DNA of 64,000 bases, from contig CDRNVI010000040.1 of assembly GCA_977017575.1 (NCBI GenBank), positions 434,001 to 498,000 of the forward strand. The letters run 5' to 3'. The DNA is from Paramoeba atlantica. Taxonomy: Eukaryota; Protista; Discosea. Shown here one piece after another: positions 54,811-64,000 of the stretch. A program made the position numbers and the translations under genes. Each line of letters begins with the position of its first letter. The first letter of the stretch is position 1. Under the pieces are notes generated by a model. The model was not told the DNA's origin. It saw nothing but the letters and a program-made list of their open reading frames with translations, and ran no database searches.

Positions 54811-56577
54811 ATGCAAGAAGTACGTGAAACATCCTTGTGGCATGAGAAGTCTTTTCGCATTACGTCTTTGACGCTAGTTATCACAGGTTTGCCGACGGAA
54901 TACCTCCGAAGTGTTCATTGTTTGCGACAGGCCTTTGAAGTGTTTGGTGGAGTAGAGTCCGCTAAAGTTCTTTCGCACGGCGAGGGTCGCTTTCCGAAGC
55001 CTGTTGCATACTTAACGATGAGAGATCAAAAAGAATTTAATGCAGTGCTGGCCATGGGTGTGGTTCCTTTATTTGGTCAGCTATGTCGCGTGACTGAATT
55101 TTCTAGTTCACTCTATGCCACTAGTCAGGGGAGTAGCTACGGAGAGTATACCGCAGAAAAGCATTACGCTTTAACCGCTAAGCAGTACTCCGTCGATGGC
55201 GAAAACATTGTAAAAGAGGCTGTGGAAAGCGCTGAACTACGTGATTCAATGAAAAATGAAACGCAAACTCGAGAGAGTGAGAGAGAACACATACATGACC
55301 CCTCCTTGGCGAAAACGCATCATTCGAAGCAAGTTGAGCATCCGTCCGACACGCCTCAATTTCCCCGATGGGAAGACGACAAATTATCCCCCCTAGTACA
55401 TCGTAAAGTCGTTGTGCTACGCAATTCATCGTCCTCTAAGCAACCTGCACATAAGGTACTGTCACGAACCCCACTAGCTGCGATAAGCCGTATTTTTCGA
55501 AACCTCTGGAACACCAGTGCTTCGGTCCCGGGTCCCGTCTCCAAGAGCCCTCCCTCGGGGAAGCGATTTACGGTGGCTACATGGAACACATTGTACCCTA
55601 AATTTACCTCCGCGTGTCGTCAATATTGCCCGGATCAGTACCTGCGCTGGCGAGAGCACCGTGCCCCTCGCGTGCTCGCTGCCATACGCGAACTCCGGCC
55701 CGCGATCCTGGCGCTCCAGGAGGTGGGCGAACGCAAATCTTCGGACTACCGCTCCTTTTACGCCCAGCTCGAACGCGAGGGCTACGCCCTGTGTGTCGTC
55801 CCTAAAGTCATCTCCGAATCCACCGCCTCTGTCGGAGGCCGTGACAGCATCTGTCTCGCCTACCTTGTTGACCAATTCCTCCCCGTCGAGGCCTTCGGCA
55901 CCAAGGGATTCCAAATCATCATGCTCCCCCCCACCAACTCCCACGTCGGGTGTATTGCCGCCCTCCAACACCGTACCACCCAACGTTACGTCATCGCCGC
56001 CACCTCCCACCTTAAAGCGGACAAACTCGAAGAAGACACCCGCAAAGTCCAACTCCAAGCCTTACTCCATAAAGTCGCGGAGGCCAACCGCAAGGTCCTC
56101 TCCCTTCACCAAGACGACTTTGGCGGTCGCTTGTCTTCCCGCTCCACCCCCCGGGCCCCCCCACCCCCCTCCCCCCTCCCCCCGTGCGACGCGGTCATCC
56201 TCGGGGACTTTAACTCCGAGCCGCGCTGGGGTCTGCTGCGGGCCGCGACCTCCGCCGCGCTGTGCGCGCCGCTCGGGGGGCTACGGGAGGTCTACAGCGA
56301 CCACGCCCCCGTGGCGTTCTTCGACAAGCAGTACACCTGCCTGATGCCCCACACCCAGGACCAGGTGGACTACGTGTTCCACACGACGGGGCTGGAGGCG
56401 ACCCGGCTGCTGCGGGTCCCGAGTAACCGCGACGTGGTGGCGGTGTCCCGGCGTGACTTTATGGGCCACGCCCGGGCGGGGGAGGAGAGGACGGAGCACC
56501 TCCCGACCCCGTCCTACCCCTCGGACCATATTCTGCTGTGGGCGGAGTTTGGGTTCGGGGGGGAGGGGGGGAGGTGA
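54811..56577 (+). CDS. RRM plus EEP-family phosphoesterase (CCR4/nocturnin/Angel group)
   Basis: N-terminal RRM-like LVITGLP...LRQAFEVFGGV. EEP motifs TVATWNTL, LALQEV, SHLKA, ILGDFNS, VDYVF and YPSDH. Confidence 0.88.
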   Translation: MQEVRETSLWHEKSFRITSLTLVITGLPTEYLRSVHCLRQAFEVFGGVESAKVLSHGEGRFPKPVAYLTMRDQKEFNAVLAMGVVPLFGQLCRVTEFSSSLYATSQGSSYGEYTAEKHYALTAKQYSVDGENIVKEAVESAELRDSMKNETQTRESEREHIHDPSLAKTHHSKQVEHPSDTPQFPRWEDDKLSPLVHRKVVVLRNSSSSKQPAHKVLSRTPLAAISRIFRNLWNTSASVPGPVSKSPPSGKRFTVATWNTLYPKFTSACRQYCPDQYLRWREHRAPRVLAAIRELRPAILALQEVGERKSSDYRSFYAQLEREGYALCVVPKVISESTASVGGRDSICLAYLVDQFLPVEAFGTKGFQIIMLPPTNSHVGCIAALQHRTTQRYVIAATSHLKADKLEEDTRKVQLQALLHKVAEANRKVLSLHQDDFGGRLSSRSTPRAPPPPSPLPPCDAVILGDFNSEPRWGLLRAATSAALCAPLGGLREVYSDHAPVAFFDKQYTCLMPHTQDQVDYVFHTTGLEATRLLRVPSNRDVVAVSRRDFMGHARAGEERTEHLPTPSYPSDHILLWAEFGFGGEGGR

Positions 56578-56857
56578 GAGAAGGGGGGAAGGGGTGAAAA
56601 AAGGGGATAAAAAGAGAACACAGAGGTGGAGAAGAAGAGATGGAGATGTTTTCAATGTCTTGAAGGCATGAGCAAGAGCACACGTTCTTGATAGCATGAG
56701 CGAAAGAAGGTTGGATGAGTGCATTCGTTTTCAAAGAAATATTACGTGCCTTTCTAGTTTAGTTCATTTTTAGCATTAAAAGCTGCTTTTATAGCGAAGT
56801 GAACAGCACACTACTTAATTTTTACCATGTTTCGAATGATGAGTTGTTGAACAGGAA

Positions 56858-57712
56858 ATGTGCAATAAACTCAGTATTTCTTTTTTAGATACTTTTTTCT
56901 ACAATATTTCAGCACGACGCATGTTTTACTGCGCCCCCATATGGTGTGCGGATCCTAGGATCTCGAAGTCAAAATCTGCCCGTGCGGGAAAAGTACGTGG
57001 AGCTCAACTTCCCCCCGAGTACGATCTGGCTCGGTTTGTGCGCCACATGGAATTTACTATTGACTCTTGGCGGGAGACTAACCCAGCCTGTCTATGGTCA
57101 GGGGTCGGTTGTGACGAAAAAGGCACAGTGCGTAGTCTCAACTGGAACGCACTTCCGGTGCCTGGCCCCGTGGAGTGGAAAGCCGCTCCTCGCACTCTAC
57201 AGTCCATGCAACTACGAGGCACGCAACTCAAAGGCACGCTTATAACCCAAGACCTACCTCCTGCTCTCCTTCACTTCGATGTCGCTTTTAACAATCTAGA
57301 AGGGGAAGTCGCGATGTCGAGTTTTCCGCCCGGGTTAACCTGGTGTAATCTAACTGAAAATCGTTTCGAAGGTCCACTGGATCTGTGTCACCTTCCCGCA
57401 TATTTGCAGACACTTCTTGTGCCACAGAACAAGTTTAGCGGTCGGCTTCTCTTGCACAGTCTTCCCTCTTCTTTGGAAATGCTGGACGTAAGTTTCAACG
57501 TATTGGATGGAACTCCCAGTTTTGATACACTTCCAGGTTCTCTCAACCAGTTGTACTTGAATCACAATAAATTTTTGGGAACAGCGAATCTGTCAAAATT
57601 GCCCGATGGACTGCGAGAGGTTAGTATCGCAAAAAATCAATTCGAAACAGTTCTTCCCCCAGACGGGTTTGTTGAGGTGTTTGGCACGTACTGTAGAACT
57701 TCGAATGTGTGA
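56858..57712 (+). CDS. Short LRR protein
   Basis: CLWSGVGC cap and LP..L..L....N.F.G repeats. The start could be the ATG at 56921. Confidence 0.85.
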   Translation: MCNKLSISFLDTFFYNISARRMFYCAPIWCADPRISKSKSARAGKVRGAQLPPEYDLARFVRHMEFTIDSWRETNPACLWSGVGCDEKGTVRSLNWNALPVPGPVEWKAAPRTLQSMQLRGTQLKGTLITQDLPPALLHFDVAFNNLEGEVAMSSFPPGLTWCNLTENRFEGPLDLCHLPAYLQTLLVPQNKFSGRLLLHSLPSSLEMLDVSFNVLDGTPSFDTLPGSLNQLYLNHNKFLGTANLSKLPDGLREVSIAKNQFETVLPPDGFVEVFGTYCRTSNV

Positions 57713-57955
57713 ACTCCCAATGTCCTCGTCATGCAAGTCTTTGGAATACGGCAAAGAATAGTAGTATCGTTTTGAAAAGTAAATCTACTCTTTCAGTTTT
57801 GAAAAGGGGAAAACCCAAATTTCTAAAATAATGGTAGGCAGTGGTTGTAATAATAGTGCGATATTCAAAAATTGGTAGAGAAATTTTCTTCGTTGCATCG
57901 TTACCATAGTCGTAGTTTCCTTATTGTCTTATTTTTTTGTTGACATGACACGTAG

Positions 57956-58762
57956 ATGAGGGCACATTACAACCTTTCTCTTATAATTCTGACGATGATG
58001 TGTTGCCAAAGTCACGACTCATCGGTAGGCAAACGGAAATTGGGTGAAATGCCGTTTTTTACTTCAAATTCTACAAGCAGAAAAAGGGGTAAAATACGTG
58101 GCACCATTCTTCCCCAAACGTATAGTCTTCTTCATGCAGTGCGGCACATTACGAATCCGGACGAGTCGTGGACAACGCAAAAGTCCGCTTGCGAGTGGTT
58201 TGGTGTCATTTGCAACTTATCGGAAGAGGTAACCATTGTCGTTTGGTCCTCCATGGGACTTAAAGGGAATTTGACTTACACACATTTGCCTCCAACCGTG
58301 GGGGAAGTAAATCTTTTTGAAAATAATCTATGTGGACCCCTACCACTTGAAGATTTATACCTTCCTCTACAAGAGTTAGCGCTCCCTCAAAACATGCATA
58401 GTGGGTCACTAGTACTCAACGGTATCTCTTTGCCGCTGCGTAAACTGAGCCTGCAAGAGAATAATTTCTCTGGAACACTGGACCTTACCTCACTCCCCAG
58501 TTCACTTAAAGAGCTGCGTCTGCAATGCAATCATTTTGAGGGTGGAATTTCATTAGAAAAACTGCCAGCTTCTCTTGTTTTGCTTTCACTTTCACAAAAT
58601 TTATTAGTTGGGCAAATATCACTTTCTTCTCTTCCAAGTTCTTTAAAGTTTCTCTATTTACAGTGTAATCGTTTCAGTAAATGTGTGGGTTTTTCGCATA
58701 TACCACACTCACTACGTGTACTCAACATAACTGAAAATCTATTTGACCATGAAATATGCTAA
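57956..58762 (+). CDS. Short LRR protein with a signal-peptide-like N-terminus
   Basis: CEWFGVIC cap and LP.SL..L.L..N.F.G repeats. Confidence 0.85.
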   Translation: MRAHYNLSLIILTMMCCQSHDSSVGKRKLGEMPFFTSNSTSRKRGKIRGTILPQTYSLLHAVRHITNPDESWTTQKSACEWFGVICNLSEEVTIVVWSSMGLKGNLTYTHLPPTVGEVNLFENNLCGPLPLEDLYLPLQELALPQNMHSGSLVLNGISLPLRKLSLQENNFSGTLDLTSLPSSLKELRLQCNHFEGGISLEKLPASLVLLSLSQNLLVGQISLSSLPSSLKFLYLQCNRFSKCVGFSHIPHSLRVLNITENLFDHEIC

Positions 58763-58953
58763 AGCTTGCAGTATTCACTAGTTCTTGTAAACAAAAAGTG
58801 TTGTGTAAATAAAAAAGTCGGAACTTTGCTATAGAACATTTATTTTGGTCATAATGAGTCATTACTAATGACAATAATCAAGACGGGAGCTTGTAATTTT
58901 ATGCATTTTAAATTGTTTTATATTTTTTCTTTCATCTTGTCTGAACGCACATC

Positions 58954-59451
58954 ATGCCGCCAAAATTTGATCCCAATCAGGAACACCTTCTCGTCGTGCG
59001 ATGTGTCGGAGGGGAACCCGTGAGCACGGGAACGCTTGGTCCTAAACTCGGACCTTTCGGGCTCCCTGCTAAGAAAGTTGGTGAAGACATTCAAAAGGCA
59101 ACGAAGGACTGGAAAGGTCTTAAAATAACGTGCCACCTAGTTGTAAAAAATCGGCAAGCGGAGATTAAGATTGTACCCAGCGCAGCATCTTTGATCATTC
59201 GGGCCTTGAAAGAACCTCTTCGTGACCGCAAGAAGGTGAAGAATATTAAGCACAGCGGCAACATTTCTTACCAGGATGCTCTCTCCATTGCGAAACAGCT
59301 CCGTCCACGCTCACTGTCGCGGAATATGGCTGGCACGGTGCGCGAAGTTCTCGGGACCTGCCAATCTGTGGGATGCACGGTTCAAAATTTGCCTCCGCAC
59401 GACCTCATAGAGCAGATCAAATTAGGGGCTCTCGAAGTACCAGAAGAATAG
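58954..59451 (+). CDS. RPL12: 60S ribosomal protein L12 (uL11)
   Basis: MPPKFDP, GGE....[27 protein letters not shown] and [19 protein letters not shown]. Confidence 0.98.
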   Translation: MPPKFDPNQEHLLVVRCVGGEPVSTGTLGPKLGPFGLPAKKVGEDIQKATKDWKGLKITCHLVVKNRQAEIKIVPSAASLIIRALKEPLRDRKKVKNIKHSGNISYQDALSIAKQLRPRSLSRNMAGTVREVLGTCQSVGCTVQNLPPHDLIEQIKLGALEVPEE

Positions 59452-59797
59452 AGCAAAAGGGTAAGATTTTATGTGTGCAGAAAAGAAAGGTTAAGTGCAG
59501 CGTCTCTGAAAGTGCATATTCAAACATTGTCTTCATGGAGATACTTTATCATTGGTTGTAATTAGCAATCAAACCTAAAAATCATTTTTAATTAAAGTTG
59601 AACGAGTGGAAACTCATTTTTTGGACAGAAAGCTACTCAAAAATCATAGCCTGACACTGGGAATTAATTGATTGCGTCCACTTTTAGTACCCTTTAGGCA
59701 ATTTTACTAATCAGTTCTTATGTTTTCGAACAGTCGTACTCTGGCAAATTGATTTTATTCTGCTCTCTCCTTCGTACTGTGACCTTTTTTCTTACCC

Positions 59798-62700
59798 ATG
59801 CGAGTCTCATGGGTCTACCTGTTACGCCTAAGAAGGTTGGAGCGCACCACATGTCGTGTAGTGAATCGAATGTGGCATCAAATGGTTCATGGTTTGACTT
59901 CGGTTACGCAAACTCAGCGCAGATACAATTCTGACGAGTCCAAAAAAAATATCGGTCAATCTCATACAATAGAACGTACAGAACATACGAAAGTACATTT
60001 TAAAGAATCCTCTGACAAGCTCTATTTTGAAGCTCGATCTCAAATGTGTGGTGCGCGGGATCGAGCTCGTAAAGCATCAACTTCGGCCCAAGTGAGACGA
60101 TTTAGAGTCGCTGCCAATTTAATTCGAATTCCTTCGAATGGTGATGTATATATTCTTGAAGAAATTTTAGAATTTTATTGGCAACACAGAGGCATATGGA
60201 CTCCGACTGAAGAGCAAATTGGCCGATTGATTTCCTTATGCCACACTCATCTTGAGGATATCACACCCATGATTTTTGTGTGCATAACGCGACTACATGG
60301 ACGCACTCATAGGAATCCTAAAACTTTTATCCAACGATGTTTGTCCTCTGCAATAATTGGAAAGACTAACATGGATCAGTTGATGTCAATCTTATCTTTA
60401 CTTAAAGGACAGCATCTCATAGATCTTCCGATTGAACTTCGAAGCTGTCTTGAAAAACGTTTCTTATTGCTTGAAACCCATGAAAACATTGGTGCTTTGC
60501 ACAGAGTTGCTTTGCGCTTCTTCCTGTCTTTGAACATTGATGTTCGTATACTTTTTCAGCGTCATTCTGTGTTCTATACCAGACTGTTATTACATTCTTG
60601 CCAGTATCATAATCAAAAGAAAAATACCCTGCAATCAACTAAGTCCCTAGATCGTGATGCAACTGCACTTGATGGCAATGTTTTATCTGAAACAAATTTG
60701 TCAAAACAAGATTCTGCAGGAAGTACCTCTGACTACCACGATGTGCTTCATGTAGGCTATCTCAAGAAAGTGGTTCAATATTTGCCTTATTTAGAATCTA
60801 AGGAAAAAATTAAACTTTTGCGCTATGAGTTAGCGTTGGCTATCAGCCGGTTGCCTTCTCAAGATCAGTATTCCAAGAGGTCCAGCGCGTTCGAAGAATA
60901 CTTTAGCTACCTGCAAAATGAACTGCCATTGAGCGGTTTGCTGCAAGTTTTTCTTAACTTTTTCCGGGAAGATAAAGCTCAGAATACTTATGGATTCGAA
61001 ATATGGTCAGGTATTTTTTATCGTCTCCAATGCTTGGTTTTTGCTTATGCTGCCTGGCGATTCATACACGCCGCCATAAGTAGATGTATGCTTCCGAATT
61101 TATCAGAAGAACATATCTTTTCTTTGGCAACATCTGCCTGGTGTAAAATAAGTGAGCAGCGGTACACGTTGTGCGAAGGATTTCTCGGAAAATATGGCAG
61201 TTATATCCAACCGGAATATTTTCTTGCCCATCCCTGTTTTCATGAATTCATGGACGTCATTGTAATAGAGTTTTATTGTCTCAAAGATGGTACACATAGT
61301 GACTTTAAGGCTCGCGATCTGACGCAATTAGCATTTATTCCATGCGAAAGCTTTGATACATCGTCCTACGTGGAAGGGGCCACCTTTGATCATAGCTACC
61401 ATGCTCTGAATCAAGAAATTGAATCTTCATTGTACAGCATTATCAGGGCAATGAATACACAAATAGTTCAAGAAAATTCTAATATCAATGCTTTCGCTCT
61501 GGCATTTCTTGGAAACTGTGAATTTAACGGGGAAGCAACCAAAATCCTTAAACATACATTGTGGGAGCATTGGATTGAACAGAATTGGTATAATGTTGTT
61601 CCACAACGCGCTATCCTGCTCCTTCAATGTGCAGTTGCTACCAATGAATGGGAGCAGCTCGCAGTGCGACAGCTTATCGGATTTCTAAATGAAGCCGGGG
61701 TGAAAATGCTTGCGGACTCCGATCTTGCCTTCATGTGTAGCATTCTGACTCTTGTACCAATAAAAGATAGAAATCTTCTTCGGTTTATCTTTGCCGTAGT
61801 GCGTCGTTGGCATAGTGCAGTACAAACGAGAGAGGGTGCTCAACTGGTATCTCAATACCTCCCTTCTATCCTTTTTCTGGTTTGTCGAACTATCAATACG
61901 GACCAACACGAAGCACTTAAAGAGCTAGCGAACGTTGCACTTGGCTACAACGGTGGAAACCCGGAATGTACCGCTCGGTCAATAGTTGCGATGCATTATC
62001 ACATTTTTTTAGGCAAGGAATCTTGGCTTGATAATAACTTGGTTGCCTCTTTCTTGAGGAAAGCTCTCGCAAGAAATTTATATTTGCCGAACGCGGTTCA
62101 GCATAGAACCTTTTTTCACGCCGTTTTAGTAAGTAGTCCGTTTTCTCGAAAAACAAATTTATTATATCATTTGCTTCAGCTGTGTAGCATAACGAAATTA
62201 AAAACCCGGACTGTAGATACACTGCTTTGTCACTCTGAATCGCGAAACCCAACACATACTAAAATTGTGGCCCTTTGTGTGCTCCTTTCGCGAGGAATAT
62301 GGAACGAATCTTCTAACAGTTTATTGTCTGATATACATCAGCGCTTTGCTTCAAGCTACGATCTATTGTTTCTTGCATCCGCGCTTTCTCGAGTACCGCT
62401 CCAAGGAGAAAATCGAGAGAAATGTATTAGTTGGGTGGAAAGTCGCATACCAAGATGTCATGCGTCGGAATTACGCTTGCTTGTGTCCCGCTTCTTGACG
62501 AAATATCCAAGAATTACTCGCATGTTAATCAGAGAAATTTCTAAACGTCTCAAAATTCGGTCCATTCAAAGATGCGACGTGCTATCGATGCTTCAGGCAT
62601 GTGTTACAATGGTAGAGGAAAATTTTGATAAAGAGTTTTTGATATGCATTGATTATCTTCTGAAAAGTTCATCTTGCGATACAGAGAGTGCTTTTATGGA

Positions 62701-63400
62701 TCTTGTTTCGATATTACAGATGATGGGCCACGGCGGTTGGAAGCATGACGGACTACTGCGTAAATCGGTTTCGCGCTTCTTAGCTATAGATCATGGAAAG
62801 ATGGTGCCTTACCACATAAGCTCTCTTCTGGCTACTTTGCGTCGAATAGAAGTCGCTGACGTCTACACCCCACGCGAATTTCAGCGCATATTGTTTCACC
62901 TTTGTGGAAAAATAAATTGCATCCACCAATGCACTCCTATTTCTGGTCGTTTGGCTGTGTCCATAATGACCTCGTTAAGTACACTAAATTATCGTGACAG
63001 TTCTCTTTTGGCCTCTTTTGAAAAGTCGTTCCTTCGAGATCTCCCCACAATGGACTGCATTACAGTTTCAGCGTTGCTTTTGACGAGCTCACGCTTAGGG
63101 TATCACAAACATGAATTTCTGAAGTCATGTTTCGGTCGATGTGAAGAGTTAAACTGGACTAGGTTTCCTACGCAAGCCATACACGTGGTTTACGCCGCGT
63201 TTGATATGGGATACTTTTGCGATGTGCTCGTATTTATTATGAATAGCATTGAGATTTCTAGGGCTATGCGCTCCGTACTGGAACAGCATTCAATTTATCG
63301 TCTATTATCGGACGCAGTGTCAATAGCGCAGAAACGGGGTATGGAACATCTGTTGGATACTCCAGTAGCACAGTTGGTCACATGGGAAGGGTTCAAATAG
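59798..63400 (+). CDS. Large hypothetical alpha-helical protein
   Basis: 1200-aa ATG ORF with an Arg-rich N-terminus. C-terminal segments such as IMTSLSTLNYRD.SLL look like helical repeats; family not identified. Confidence 0.75.
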   Translation: MRVSWVYLLRLRRLERTTCRVVNRMWHQMVHGLTSVTQTQRRYNSDESKKNIGQSHTIERTEHTKVHFKESSDKLYFEARSQMCGARDRARKASTSAQVRRFRVAANLIRIPSNGDVYILEEILEFYWQHRGIWTPTEEQIGRLISLCHTHLEDITPMIFVCITRLHGRTHRNPKTFIQRCLSSAIIGKTNMDQLMSILSLLKGQHLIDLPIELRSCLEKRFLLLETHENIGALHRVALRFFLSLNIDVRILFQRHSVFYTRLLLHSCQYHNQKKNTLQSTKSLDRDATALDGNVLSETNLSKQDSAGSTSDYHDVLHVGYLKKVVQYLPYLESKEKIKLLRYELALAISRLPSQDQYSKRSSAFEEYFSYLQNELPLSGLLQVFLNFFREDKAQNTYGFEIWSGIFYRLQCLVFAYAAWRFIHAAISRCMLPNLSEEHIFSLATSAWCKISEQRYTLCEGFLGKYGSYIQPEYFLAHPCFHEFMDVIVIEFYCLKDGTHSDFKARDLTQLAFIPCESFDTSSYVEGATFDHSYHALNQEIESSLYSIIRAMNTQIVQENSNINAFALAFLGNCEFNGEATKILKHTLWEHWIEQNWYNVVPQRAILLLQCAVATNEWEQLAVRQLIGFLNEAGVKMLADSDLAFMCSILTLVPIKDRNLLRFIFAVVRRWHSAVQTREGAQLVSQYLPSILFLVCRTINTDQHEALKELANVALGYNGGNPECTARSIVAMHYHIFLGKESWLDNNLVASFLRKALARNLYLPNAVQHRTFFHAVLVSSPFSRKTNLLYHLLQLCSITKLKTRTVDTLLCHSESRNPTHTKIVALCVLLSRGIWNESSNSLLSDIHQRFASSYDLLFLASALSRVPLQGENREKCISWVESRIPRCHASELRLLVSRFLTKYPRITRMLIREISKRLKIRSIQRCDVLSMLQACVTMVEENFDKEFLICIDYLLKSSSCDTESAFMDLVSILQMMGHGGWKHDGLLRKSVSRFLAIDHGKMVPYHISSLLATLRRIEVADVYTPREFQRILFHLCGKINCIHQCTPISGRLAVSIMTSLSTLNYRDSSLLASFEKSFLRDLPTMDCITVSALLLTSSRLGYHKHEFLKSCFGRCEELNWTRFPTQAIHVVYAAFDMGYFCDVLVFIMNSIEISRAMRSVLEQHSIYRLLSDAVSIAQKRGMEHLLDTPVAQLVTWEGFK

Positions 63401-63657
63401 GTGTACACAGTCATTCATTTTATATTATAAAATTTATAACCGATTTTTTGGCTCGCACAATTAGCATGGATTATTTTTCTCCTACGACGTGCACCTTTAA
63501 AAAAAATTAAAATACATCCTGTGCAGTGTACATACAGTATAGTGTATGTACAGCGTTTGCACTACACGTTGTATGCAAAACTACACATTTTGCTCTACTT
63601 TAATATCAAAAATATATTTTACCTTTCTTTTTATATTTCTCCTGGTAGTTCTCTACG

Positions 63658-64000
63658 ATGAGCTACTCGTCTACCGAGTTACCTCCTTCGCAGACGTCTT
63701 GCACGGAATCCTACAATTGTTCTCCACCAAGTCTTGAACTGGATCATCAAAATATATCCCGCTCCAGACCTCGAAGGCAGCGTCGGTCGCGTTATTCTCG
63801 AATTCCTCTAACGGGGCAAGGAAAAGATACTCGTGAAGCCGCTCCCGCCAATGCGGAATCTTATCCACCAACACCTTATCTTACATCTTACGGCGAGCCT
63901 TTCGAAGATTTAATTTTTCAGCTGCAGCAGGCACAAGATCATGTCGCTCACTTGCAGCAATGCTGCATGGCCTACGAAGCCAAAATTCAGGACCTCGAAT
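63658..64000 (+). CDS. Hypothetical protein, runs off the window end
   Basis: ATG at 63658 (MSYSSTELPP...) is open to position 64000 and ends in coiled-coil-like QLQQAQDHVAHLQQ. Confidence 0.6.
   Translation, partial: MSYSSTELPPSQTSCTESYNCSPPSLELDHQNISRSRPRRQRRSRYSRIPLTGQGKDTREAAPANAESYPPTPYLTSYGEPFEDLIFQLQQAQDHVAHLQQCCMAYEAKIQDLE

Overview
This is eukaryotic nuclear DNA, most likely from a kinetoplastid of the Perkinsela/prokinetoplastid type. That identity is an inference. It rests on about 25 intronless host genes all on the + strand (one polycistronic unit), short AT-rich spacers, a kinetoplastid spliced-leader (SL)-like sequence at 49977-50015 (- strand) and a dispersed family of short plant-type LRR genes. 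Recognisable genes are NOP2, a cationic amino acid transporter, a bacterial-type DUF523/TudS protein, probable mS34, ABCE1, MCM9, a MYST acetyltransferase, condensin CAP-D2, MTHFS, FEN1, NOP56, RUVBL2, an RRM-EEP nuclease and RPL12. DNA transposons are abundant: pogo, Tc1 DD34E, IS630/Tc1-like DD35E, Merlin and several MITEs. They include an 8.3-kb nest five levels deep at 17981-26304. The most unusual signals are: (1) recurrent GC-rich islands of about 1 kb that switch from C-rich to G-rich and ignore gene boundaries; (2) a non-coding repeat family with hairpins at both ends and no target-site duplication, resembling rolling-circle elements; (3) a solitary antisense SL RNA-like gene with an atypical intron and a neighbouring motif array; (4) a probably horizontally acquired TudS; (5) MCM9 without a usable AUG; and (6) a D-box protein that could be a securin. 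Everything was read by eye; no database search or folding program was run.
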